A DNA stretch of 63,454 nt, the filler included, from Elsinoe ampelina (lineage: Eukaryota), in assembly GCA_010093995.1 (NCBI GenBank). It is 4 parts of 4 records of this genome, joined end to end, with 100 filler letters (N's around TTAATTAATTAA, not from the genome) between each part and the next. Parts side by side here need not be neighbours in the genome. Positions count along the whole stretch, not along the records: positions 18,187 to 35,006 come from ML992565.1; positions 35,107 to 49,428 come from ML992566.1; 2 more parts are not named here. One strand, given 5' to 3'. The notes below the pieces were generated by a model. That model was given only the letters and a program-made list of their open reading frames with translations. It was not told where the DNA came from and searched no databases. A program made the translations under genes and the position numbers. Below are positions 23,901 to 35,303 of this stretch, in pieces (position 1 is the stretch's first letter; each line of letters starts with the position of its first letter).

Positions 23901-26900
23901 GGTGCGATCTGCCATCCTGTCCGGCTCTGACAACGCCGATCGAAAAAGCCACCAGGGACGGAAGACCAATTTGTGCCACGTTCACATCGTGCACAGTGAC
24001 CTTCATGTCGCCAAATGTGGGATTGACCGGGACTGATGCCTGCGCTTCTTGGATCTTGATCAAGGTCAGGAGACCTGGTCTTTCGTCCTCTGGCAGATAC
24101 TTGGTGACTGCCGATAGGCTTGATAGATCGTCTGCGAATGCTTGCAGCTTGTCCACAAAGGTCCAGTCATGGATCCTGGCTCGAATAGTCCCTAGTGTAA
24201 GACGCACCACAGCTCCCTTACGACGTTGCCGGAGCAAAGTATCGATAAGAATGTCGTCGTCATTCTCGTATTTGTTCTTTGATGGAGTGAGAAGTGACAA
24301 AAGTCGCTCTAGATCGGCATCTTTCGGGTGAAACAGATACTCGAAGCGAAGGCTGTTGAGAACCACTTCGACCGGCTTGACCGGGGGACCATTGGAGACG
24401 TGCGGGCCAAGCAGTTGAACGTTGTCGATGGCTGCTGCGATGTACTCCGACCTTGCTACTGCTTTGATAGCCGATGTGGTCAATTTGACGGATGCGATGC
24501 GACTGCTGACGACTGCAGCCACCCCTCCTATTCGAGCATTGATTTTCGTCTCAGATCTCGACTTGTTCTCAAGGACTGGGCTGTCGCTGAATCGCACACC
24601 TTTCCGTGAGGGCTGAGGCGACGGACGTGCGCTGGTCTCGCTCGCGATAGACGAGCTCAACTCGAGCAAGCTGCTGAGTCCGCCGAAGTTGCTGAAAGTC
24701 TCCTCAATCTTATCGAAGGACAACGAGAAGTTGACTTGCTTCGTTTGTAATGACATTTGCGTGACCTTTTGTGAAGACACGGCTGCCATCGAGGTTGTGG
24801 CATCTATCGATATGTCTGCATCTCCTTGGTAGATGGAGACTTTTGATTCTTGCATTTGGTCGGAGAAGGAGAGCAGCTGATGTTCACCTACCGTCACGCC
24901 AACTTTACCCAGCCGAAGGCACCAATCTGCCGAGCTGTCTGGTGGGTTCAAGGCCGCCTCAACATTCAAGATCTTGATCGCTACCAAAGTTGGTGGCGCT
25001 TGTACTGTTGAAGACATGGCATCAATGAGTCGCCAATACTCATCCGCAGATCTCACGGTGCTAATCTCGATCATTCGAGCTTTCACACTGACGCTTGCGG
25101 ACTTGCCTTGAGGACGGGTTTCCTGCGTTTCTTGGGTCGATGAGACCTCATGCTTCGAGGCTAGCGCACCGATGGACTTGCCGATGCAGAGATATTCGGA
25201 AAGCATGCTGATATCGATGGCAAGCTGCACGTTTCCGACCAGTATCTCCACAGCACTGTTACTACTATTCTTCGCTGTCCCGATCTGAGCAGAAGAGGCG
25301 TTCGGATCGTCGAATCTGACGGATGCACTCTGCTCAGCGTAGACAGAAAAGGCTCCTGGCAAGTGTGGAGCATGACTCGCAGACATCGATATCTTGCGCG
25401 GTCTCGCAAGATACGGTGCGTCTTGCTCAGAGTCTGCGTAGTTATCGCTCGAATCGTTCGTGATCCATATATCGATCTTGTCGATTGCGATGATCTGGCT
25501 TCGCATCGCTGAAGTTCTCGCAGGAGTTCCCGAGGGAGATGCGTGTATGGAGTCGTCAGTCAGACCCGTTGGTGTACGGGTCCCAAAGTCTCGCGGACTT
25601 TCTTCCAAGAATTGACTCTGATCCGTTGGAAGCGAAGAATCCGTCGGTGGTATCGGAGTCTCTTGAATGGCGGGAAGGGTATCGGCAGAATCAGTCGGTG
25701 AACACGCCTCAGTTGATGCCCTGGATCCGCCATACTCACCCTCTGATGGTCCATCGATAGGGTCATGACTGGTATCGTTCGGGGCTGTGCTGTACGCGCT
25801 CATGAACATGCTTTCTCCTTCACTTTCGCTATATACACGAGATTCCGCGAGGTCTGCGTGCGTACTCGCGTGTAGCAAAGGGTCCGTAGTGGGTACCACC
25901 GGACTTTCCGGCGGCGCGAGCGAAGTCTCGACGGGTGCAGAAGCGAAGGATGCTGTGGCATTTGGCAGATGGCTCCGCTGTGGGAGTCTGTGCAGTTCAG
26001 ACGCCGAGGCATGTATTCGGGCGCGAGGCGTGGATGTAGTCGTATCATCAATGCGTAGACTGCGAGTGGCTGTTCGAGTCGAAGTCGCTCGTTGATTTAT
26101 CCTAGGAGATCCAGCCAGATATTGATCTGCAGTCACGGAAGCTGCAAGATCCGCAGCTTGATCAGAGTCCGACCAGATATCTGACGCAGCGTCCGAGCTT
26201 TCATTACGGCGAAGGTTCCATGTCAGATTGTCCTCTCCTGCGCGGATCTCAAATGGATCAGGTGGCTCGATCTCGTCAGTCGCTAAGGTGGTGGGGACGT
26301 CTGACCGCTGGGCAGCTGTCATACTTATGGGGATGGACGTTGTATCTGGTGATGTCGATCGTGGGGCATAGATACTTTCCACCATGTCTGGCTCTCCGAC
26401 AGAGGCTGGTTGACTAGGGACTGATGCAGCATGCCCACCAATAGTGGACGAAAGCTGGGCGGGAAAGCTGTCCGTGGGACGGAGACCTTCCAGGGACAAC
26501 CTGATGTTGTTGACTGCGAGATGTCTGCGCGTGGGTATCGCGTTGTCGGTGCTCACACCACCAAGATCCACGCTCTCAACTTGCAATACCGCCGTCACGG
26601 TCCGCATGGCTTGACTCTTGCCCTTGACGCCTTCTCCTCCAGAAATAGCAGAATCTTCCATGTCAAGCGACATTTTGGCGGTGACATCATGTATCTTGAA
26701 TTCAAACCGATCGACGATACCTTGCAGGAAAGAAGCCAGAAATCCAGGAAGTCCAGGTGTATTGCCCGTACCTAGTTGACCATCATTGCTGGTATCGTCC
26801 GCGAACGACTCCTTTATCTTTCTGTGCCGACTCTGATACCTCTGCTCCAGCGTTTGGATCTCCTCCCTGGGTTCCTCCATAAGGAACGACCGCGCCAGGT

Positions 26901-27396
26901 CCTGCGTCGTAGGTAGTTCATCGTCGATATGTCCACCTGGATCGTGCGGAGGTGACCGTCCTATCCGCCGATGCGTCTTTCTGTGCCTCGGACTGCGGGT
27001 AGAAGTGTCCCGTTCTTCCTCTGTCTGTCCGTCCAATCCAGCCTGCAAAGCAACCTCACACTCGATTCCATGCGCTTCCGCGGTAATACTCCCATTGTAG
27101 AGGTCGGCCGGGACATTGAGTCTAAGACGGAGGACCTTGGCCACCTCTAGTCGAATCTCCGGGGGAAGTTCAAGAAGACTTGCGAGTTTCTGTCTTGGTT
27201 AGACCTGGTCGTCGAGATGCCCGGGATGACCTACCTGCGTATTGAGACCAACATTCCTCAGCTCTACCGTATTCTGCCTGCCGAGAGTAATGTCCAGCGA
27301 CTCCAAATCCAACTCTTCGGTCTCAAGCAGTCCTGTCCGGAGCAGAGCATAGCGAAGTAATCGCTTCTGTATGGAGGAAGGAAGGAAGGATGCCAT
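20993..27396 (-). CDS. ATG2: Autophagy-related protein 2 (lipid transfer protein)
   Basis: Chorein-N start MASFLPSSIQKRLLRYAL..LDITLGRQNTVELRNVGL. C-terminal ATG2 motifs LHVDQDALDFMTRFFEF, LDYKPKRVDYAGLRSG and REYRKDGRVVRSIQKGA. Introns 27234-27190 and 21060-21011; last exon KYKQR*. Confidence 0.95.
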
Positions 27397-27898
27397 TCTG
27401 TGTGGCGGGGAGGACCCCGATGCGCTATCGGCTTGTCGAAAGAGGTGACGGGCTCCAGATCTGCATAATGGAGTGTGCGCGACTTGCTTGTTCTGGTGTG
27501 GGCCCTAGAGTGCACGCAGAGTTCACGCTCCCACGTGGTATCTGGCTCCACCGCACAGGATGGATGTCTCAGAGTCGCATGGGGAAAGTGGTACCCTTGG
27601 TAGGCGAGATGCCGTCGGAGCAGCCCGATAGTAGGCGGAAGGGATGCTTGTAATCTCCAGTGACAAGACGCCAGTGGTAATTAGTGCTGAGTGACAAGGG
27701 CACGGTGAGTGAAAGCGGAGGCGGTGATGGAGGAGGTAGCCTTGAGATAGCGGGTAAACATTAAAGGATGGGAGGGGTCACGCCTTGATGACATGTTTGA
27801 CCGCGGGGCACGCGCCTTGAAATGACCCAAATCTCACACATGATCCCATCTTTCGATCTTTCACATTCGTCGTTCATTACCATCTGGAAAGTCACAGC

Positions 27899-29682
27899 AT
27901 GTCACAAACAGATGCGCAGGACAGTGAGGAGTGGAAGAAGGAGTTTGGAGTTCCTTCCACTTCTGAACCATTCATCCAAAAGTACTTGAATGGTCGAGAA
28001 GCTTTGATACAACAAGAGAAGCGACAAAGAAGTGGTCCGTTGGTAATCATGCCATTGAGCATACAGTCCAAGTGCAGTATTGACTTTCACAAGATCATGC
28101 ATTTCGCGAGACATTATCGCCCATGGCTCGAGAAGCCTGTGCCATAGTCAGAGCCATCAGAGATGAAGAACGCCGCACTGTCTGGACCAAAGACTATGAA
28201 GACAAGCTCGCTCAGGAGCAAGGTGACATTTATCCTGGTATGATGTTCACGCAAGCCCGTCCACGTATGGAGCAGACCAAATTATGGAAGATTGTCAAGC
28301 GCTGCCCCAAAGGAGCTCTCCTCCATTGCCATTTCGACGCCATGGTAGATATATCTTGGACACTAGATCAGCTTTTCGAATATGGTGGTTTTCACTTCTC
28401 TGCATCCGCTCCTTTGACTGAAGGAATATCCCGTCGCAAGGGTGCCTTCAAATTCGCGTGGCGGAAGGAGAAACAAGCTTTCAAGACTTCAATCTGGGAA
28501 TCATCGTACACCGCCGATGAGTTCATTCCATTGGATGATGCCGCGAACTCATATCCAGATGGTGGCCGCGAAGGCTTCCGGAAATGGCTCCTCTCTCGCG
28601 CTACCATTACCCATGATGAGTCCATCGCTCATCATGAAGGTCCAAATGAGATTTGGCGGAAATTCATGTCCTGTTTCGCCGTGACTGGGACCATGCTTCA
28701 TTACGAGGTTATCTGGAAGCGAGCTGTGAAGCATGTACTGGAACAGCTTTTCGATGATGGAGTGCAATACGTCGACATGCGTGCAGTATTCCGGATAGCA
28801 TTCTACAAAGAGGGTAGCGAGGTTCCGGAGAAGGATAATGCTGCCAAGTTCAAGGCTCTCGAAGAAGCCATCGACGAATTCATGGACACAGAAAAGGGCA
28901 AGAACTTCTGGGGCGCTCGCATGATCTTCACAGATATCAGACATTTCGACGGCAAGACGATCGTGGAAGGCATGAAGGAATGCATCGAGATGAAAAAACG
29001 ACACCCAGATCTCATCGCAGGATACGATCTAGTTGGACAAGAAGACCTTGGACGGCCCCTTAAGGACTTTATCCCAGAGTTGTTCTGGTTCAAGAAAGCT
29101 TGCGCCGAAGCTGGCGTTGAGCTCCCCTTCTTTTTCCACGCCGGCGAGACCTTGGGAGATGGCGACAGTGTGGACAACAACCTCTTCGACGCCATCCTGC
29201 TCGGCACTCGCCGCATTGGCCACGGCTTCTCACTGTACAAGCACCCCTTGCTCGTCGACATGGTCAAGGAGAAGAAGATCCTCATCGAGAGCTGTCCGAT
29301 CAGTAATGAAGTCCTCCGGCTTACCAGCAGTGTCATGTCGCATCCTCTTCCGGCTCTGCTATCCCGCGGTGTGTCTATAGCGCTCTGCAACGACGATCCA
29401 GCCATGCTCGGTCATGTCGTGAGCGGGATGACGCACGACTTCTGGCAGGCACTTCAAGGATGGGAGAACCTTGGTCTTGAAGGACTGGGTAGTCTTGCGG
29501 AGAACAGCATCAGATGGGCAACATTCGACGACTATAATTCTGCAGAGTGGTCGGAGGAGATCAAGGCTGGGGCATTCGGGCAGGGTGAGAGGGCGCAGAG
29601 GATGCAGGAGTGGTCTTCGCAGTGGGAGAAGTATTGTGCTTGGATTGTAGAGGAGTACGGAACGCAGTATGGTGGGCAGTAG
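27899..29682 (+). CDS. Adenosine deaminase, ADGF/CECR1 (ADA2)-type
   Basis: PKGALLHCHFD, AGYDLVGQED, FFFHAGETLGDG, TRRIGHG, ESCPISNEVL and NDDPA motifs. Intron 28035-28093. Divergent from ATG2; no signal peptide seen. Confidence 0.93.
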
Positions 29683-29888
29683 ACACTGTCGGAAGAAGTA
29701 CTCAACGTACTCAGGAGCCCAGAAGGCCAAAGCGCGAGCTGTTGGCACCGATGATAGCTCTCAACGTCACGAATGAAGAATGAAGAATAAGTGCAATACA
29801 ATAGATATTATACATTCGTTGTCATTCTGAATTATAGTTACACTTTATGCGTGCGTGTCCTTGTCATACCATACATCCTTCTCATCCT

Positions 29889-30782
29889 CTAGCAGCTAAA
29901 GTCAATCAACGGCCTCCCATCCGCACCAATGACACCAAAGCTAGGGCTCTGATTCCAATCCTCCAGCGCATACCAGAAAGTATGCGCACTGTTGAACGCA
30001 ACACACGCAACCTCCTTCCAATACCTCTGCAAGTTATCCACACTCGCAACCGCCGCCCCGTTCGTCTGCCCACTAACCGCCCATCCAGTCTCCGTGATCC
30101 AAACCCACGTCCCAGGCTTGACTCTATTAACCACATCCCTCACCTTATTCACCGCATCCCAGAACACAGCCGGCGCATCCTGCACCGCCGTGTCCTGCCA
30201 GTACGGATACCCATCATGACCGACAAAGTCGCAGGCCTTGATCACGTCCTCGTTCCGGCCATCCACCCAGCTGGTCCATGTATCCACGTGTCCGACGGGG
30301 ATGTTCTGATCCGGCCCGATGCCCACGGTGGTCAACATGCCTCGCACGTCGTAGATTTTCTGCGCCAACTCCCAGGGCTGAATCTCGTTCGTGCCCTGGT
30401 ACTGAGCGCGGTAGAGATCTTCACTGCCGACGCTCACGCCGATGAGCCAGCCGTACCCGTGCTGCTGGATGGCGGCGAGCAGGGCCTGTTTCTCGGCGTC
30501 AAAGTGCCCGGCGTCGGTCGCCCATACGCCGGCGAGGATGTAGGTTTGTGTGGCGAGGGCGGCGGGGACGGCGTTGGCGAGCGTGTTGCAGTCGCTGCTG
30601 GCGAAGAGGCGAACGGTGGCGAAGCCTTGTGGGGTGGCGCGTTGGGTGCGGAAGGCGCGCTCCCAGTCGGCTTGGGAGCGGCAGGAGCCGTCCGGGTTGT
30701 TGGCGGGGACGTTGAAGCCGGTGTAGTAGGCGGTGGCGGTGGAGAGGAGGGAGAGGAGGGTGGTGGTGGTTGAGAAACGCAT
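29889..30782 (-). CDS. Secreted glycoside hydrolase family 17 beta-1,3-glucanase/transglycosylase (EglC/Bgl2-like)
   Basis: Signal peptide, TVRLFASSDCNTL, VSVGSEDLYR (acid/base Glu), VGHVDTW, HDGYPYWQ and WITETGW (nucleophile Glu). Intronless, no GPI tail. Confidence 0.93.
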   Translation of the reverse strand: MRFSTTTTLLSLLSTATAYYTGFNVPANNPDGSCRSQADWERAFRTQRATPQGFATVRLFASSDCNTLANAVPAALATQTYILAGVWATDAGHFDAEKQALLAAIQQHGYGWLIGVSVGSEDLYRAQYQGTNEIQPWELAQKIYDVRGMLTTVGIGPDQNIPVGHVDTWTSWVDGRNEDVIKACDFVGHDGYPYWQDTAVQDAPAVFWDAVNKVRDVVNRVKPGTWVWITETGWAVSGQTNGAAVASVDNLQRYWKEVACVAFNSAHTFWYALEDWNQSPSFGVIGADGRPLIDFSC

Positions 30783-32524
30783 GGTGGGTGGTTGGTTTCT
30801 CTGAAGGGAAGGGGAAAGGTGGTGGTGAGAGGGACGACTTGTGTGACGGAGAGGTGTATTATATGACAGGAAGCAAACAGGAATAGCTCACCGAGGGTAA
30901 ATATGAGGTTGTTTATACCAAAGACGATCCATCCTGGACCGGACTACTGTACCCACCTGCATGCTGTCATATGCAGCTAAAGACACAGCTTGGTACAAGC
31001 TCGGAGAAAATCATGGCAATGGCGTGGGAGATCATCAGATGTACAGGCTCGATTGGGAAATTAGGAATACGAGATGTGGATGAGTGAAAATTCTGGACGC
31101 GCCAGATGCCGAAGAAAAGGAAGAACAGCAACCTCGCGGAATTGCGGCTCATCTGGATTCGCATGGATTATTCCCAACAAAGATGATCCGTGTCGCTTGG
31201 CAGGGCAGGGAGCGATCTTCGACGATCGTCTGCTGCTTCGTTGACTTTCCGTGTCTTAACTTTTGCTATGACGAACGTTCTACTGCTCAGCCCACGTCAC
31301 GAGCACCTTTGTGAAGGATCAACTTTACGAGGTGTATCATGTAACGGAGCTGAACAAACAGGAATGTGAATCTCCATGGTAGCTGGATTGGTCTCACCCA
31401 CAAGAAGATGACCGGCCGTCGTAGATTCGAGGTCGTATCTTTGTGTGAACGCTGCGAAGAGATAGCTCTTACGAGTAGGGATGTATGCGATAAATCCCCG
31501 GACTCGTTTCATGGATTTACGGCATTGCCTCTCTGGTTGTATTCGAAACTCGCAGGCATATGGTGGACGAAGGAGAAAGACATGTGATGGACTGCAGACG
31601 CCAGGAGCCAGGATTCTCAGACGATGTCTTGCCATCGCAGCGCTGGATGCCGCAGCACATATGTGTGGCGACCTATAGGTGATCGCGGAAGTGAATACAT
31701 TTGCTTCCATTGACGTTCCCTATCATGGAGACTCCGATCTGGATGACCAGGAAGAGCCATATATACGCCCCTTGCAGCACCTCAAGCTCCCTCTGTCCAT
31801 TGCAGACATAGTGTCTTTTCCCAGGTCGAAGCTCTGAGGACTGAAGAGAGATCCCTGGCCGCCGGCGTACTCTATGGAAATGTGCGCTACTAAAGGTGAC
31901 TATATATTTCTCCAAAGCCTGCGGATACTCCAAGATGAAGTGTGGCCTAGTGGTTGCGATTCTTTGTACACGGAGCTCGACTCCGAACTGCTCTTAGCCA
32001 GCTGCGAAAGCCACTGTTCGACTCTCAGAGTTTACTCACGAGGGGAGGACGACTTCATCTTTTTGCTCGTTTTTGGCTGCTCACGATGCTTCACTTGGTC
32101 TTCACCTCCCCGTCACGTGGCCTTGGCGCTGGCATGTGCTCGTGGCATCTCATTGCTCGGGAAGATCAACAACTGTGGCAATTTTGCTGGGAGCTGGTGA
32201 CGGTGACATAGGTAAGGCGACTTGTACATCATCATACTGTGCGGGGCATTGTGCATGGTTGTTGGATACAAGCAGAGGTAAAGGTGTGTGTATTCTCTTA
32301 TTCTGCTCGGTGAAAAGGACACTGGTAGTATCACCTCGAGTAGGGTTCTGATTCTTTTGCCACAAATTGACGAGCGGATTTCTCTTCATAATGCCAATTT
32401 GTACATGACACTTCCTACAACAGACTTCCCCCTGATGATTCAGATATCGTTCCGCATTCCTACAAAGCATTTCCCATTTCCTACCAGACCTCAGACCCAT
32501 GATCTTCTCCCGCAACCACCTCTC

Positions 32525-32785
32525 TCAAACCTTCGGCTGAGCAAGATATGACCCCTGCTGCATCTGCGGCATCTTGTTGGGCAACCCCTCCTCCCACAAC
32601 CTAGGCTGCGGTACGCTGAGCCCGAAGTTGGGAATCGCCTTCGATCCGGCCGGCGGCGTCACCATTATACTGGGCACAGGTCGGTCCCTCAATACATTTG
32701 ACGCTTGGACAGGTTTGTCCTGCGTGGTAGGGAGGGCTATGGAGAAACCGGCTAGGGTGAGCAGGAGGACGGAGTGAATGTACAT
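32525..32785 (-). CDS. Small secreted protein (86 aa), effector candidate
   Basis: GCAACC-ATG context and signal peptide MYIHSVLLLTLAGFSIA-LP. Pro-rich, Cys-free mature part. Confidence 0.6.
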   Translation of the reverse strand: MYIHSVLLLTLAGFSIALPTTQDKPVQASNVLRDRPVPSIMVTPPAGSKAIPNFGLSVPQPRLWEEGLPNKMPQMQQGSYLAQPKV

Positions 32786-33497
32786 GGTTGCGGTACAAGT
32801 GTTTGATTTGGGTCTGAGAGGTTCCAATGTGCGGACACGCTGACTATTTCAATAGCGCTGCATTGTCTGACAATCACGCGAATCGGACAACAATCCCTAT
32901 CATTGCTGTTGGTTCCGGTGAGGGATGCAACGTGGGTGGCGTGGAGGATTGGAGATACTCTATACTGACGCCAGCCTCGCCCTTCGCCGGTCACGTGGCA
33001 AAACATGTCGCACAGTGTTCCGGTGTAGCATGATCAGAGACCGGAATGCAAATCTGTCCAGTCCTCCGAGTGCATAACCAGATGGAAGCACAATTTCTAC
33101 TGACAGCGGCTATATTCGGAATAGCAACGCAGAACAATTCGCCAACAATACCATCAGACAGCCAATTCGAAGGCAACGGATCACCAGAGCAGGGACTCCT
33201 CGGAATCTTTCATAAATCGCTATCGAAATCTGCATACTGCTGTCACCATCCCACGAGACCCACTGATTCCTATCGCACGAGTTTCTCCCATGACTTCACC
33301 GGTTGTGTTTCGGAGCCGACAGCACACAGTTAAAACACAACATGAAACTTGAGAGTATGAAATGTAAATCTGTCTAATCCTCCCAATGCAGAATATGATG
33401 AAAGCACCAAAGGTCCTACCAGCAACCATATCCGGAATGTCATCACCCGAAAGAGCCACGAAAATTATCAAACAGCCTCCCCGAATGCATCAAATCA

Positions 33498-34325
33498 CTA
33501 CCAGCAACCCTCGCCCGTCACATTAACCGCACCAACCTTCTCAGCCATAGCCAACACCGCCTCCATCGTCAACGGTGCGTCAGGTCTCCTCCAACCGAGC
33601 TTGGTCGGCAACCGCTCCTTGCCTGTGAATGCATCAGCATACCATTCGTCACCACTTCCCGACTACTCACGGAAGAGATACTCGACCTGCCCCCTATCCG
33701 CGTTCCCCAACACTGGATCCCCAAACACAACCAAGTATAACGCCGTCTCCACCCGACTGAACTGCATCCCTACAGCCGTGAGATTGAACTCTGGATTCCT
33801 CCTCCTCGCATCCCTAAGCCGCGCGGCTCTCGCGCTCGCAGCCGTCTCGATGGAGATCTTCTCCTCGGTGAAGAACCGCGTCACAGACGCCCAGATCCTC
33901 CTGTTGAAGGAGTAGTTGTCCCCGGTGTAGATGTCTGCCCGGCTGAGACTGCCGTCGTGTTCGATGACGTTGTGCTTGCTGAGGTCGTCGAGGTTGAAGG
34001 TGTTGTTGTAGCCTGTGCTGGAGGCGGGGAGGGCGGCGAGGCCGACGAGGAGGGTGGCGGAGGGGTCGAGGTTGATGGCTTTGTCGAAGCCGAGGACGAG
34101 TTGGTCGAGGGAGACGTTGAGGCCGGTGCGCGGGAGGTAGCCTTGGTTGGCGAGGGCGTTGATCATGGGGCAGGGAGACCGGCCTCGTGAGGGTAAGAGG
34201 AGGCGTGTGAGGTCGTTGCGGGATTACTTACGATCTGTCGGGCATGGTCTCTGCCAGCGATGGTCGCCATGCTCAAAGGCTGCGGTGGCACTGAGCAGAG
34301 CAATGCTGGGGAGCTGGATACGCAT
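33498..34325 (-). CDS. Heme-thiolate peroxidase (short unspecific peroxygenase / chloroperoxidase family)
   Basis: Signal peptide; spliced DRRSPCPMINALANQGYLPR (proximal Cys in PCP motif), IEHDGSLSRAD and FRKERLPTKLGW. Introns 34231-34184 and 33670-33623. Confidence 0.92.
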
Positions 34326-35006
34326 CTTGGAGAAGAAGGAAGGGAAGGGAAGGGAATGCGACAGAAATCTTGACTTATACAGCTGTGTGAAAAGAAGGTG
34401 AGGCAAATGATTTGTGTACATGGTCGTACAAGATATACCTTTTCTACTTGGCTGGCCATTGCCAGCTCATGGTCGTCGCCAATGGTAAGCCATTGGATCA
34501 CAAGCAAGCCTTGATTTTGGATCGCCCAATGAATGTTGGGCAATGGGAGAACAGAGAACTGTACATACAAGAGAAGATGTAAAAGAAGTGCAGAATTGAT
34601 GTACTGAAGATGGAAATCGATAAATGGAAGAAACTCGTTGTGCTCACCAAAGCGCCAAATCAATCCAGGAGCGTCAGTCGAAAAACAAGTAGGAAGGTCA
34701 TTGTCATAGTTCTGTCTGTAACCTACCGTTTGAGTCCCCACAAGGCTGTCCAATGGTTATGTCAATTGTTTGTAGTCGAATGGATGAAGCATAAGAACGA
34801 GAGTGATCACACCCCAAGCAAACCAAGTCCGAGGCCGCCAGACCCTCGACCAGTTCCCCGCAATATCAACCGAGGCATCTCCACACAGCCCCAGATCACC
34901 TCAAGAAGTATGGGCCCGTATCCTTCGTCGAATTTGACCGGTTTTTTGTGCTCGATTAGGAAGGTGTAATAGATGACCGATTTGCGTATTCTTCGATAAC
35001 CAACAG

Positions 35007-35106
35007 NNNNNNNNNNNNNNNNNNNNNNNNNNNNNNNNNNNNNNNNNNNNTTAATTAATTAANNNNNNNNNNNNNNNNNNNNNNNNNNNNNNNNNNNNNN
35101 NNNNNN
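35007..35106. other. Artificial 100-nt scaffold spacer
   Basis: N44-TTAATTAATTAA-N44. Confidence 0.97.
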
Positions 35107-35151
35107 CATGAGCACCCTTTTCTCGTCATGAGCACCCTTTTCTCGTCATGA
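35107..35151. repeat. 20-bp tandem repeat CATGAGCACCCTTTTCTCGT x2.25 at contig edge
   Basis: Exact copies at 35107 and 35127, partial copy at 35147. Confidence 0.85.
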
Positions 35152-35303
35152 TCTGTAACCAAACTGCTACAACACCTCCACCTCCGCTACCTTTCCCGAT
35201 TCGGCCGCAACAAGCTTCAGCGCTCGCCGCATCTTGACAGTGCCCGCACAACTCGCTCTCTCGGTGATGGTCGACAATTGGATGAGCTGGTAATTATTCC
35301 AGG

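Noticed and set aside
31300..32515. Fragmented minus-strand coding-like sequence
   Set aside because: Multiple stops in all frames and no recognisable homology; a pseudogene call cannot be supported without a search.
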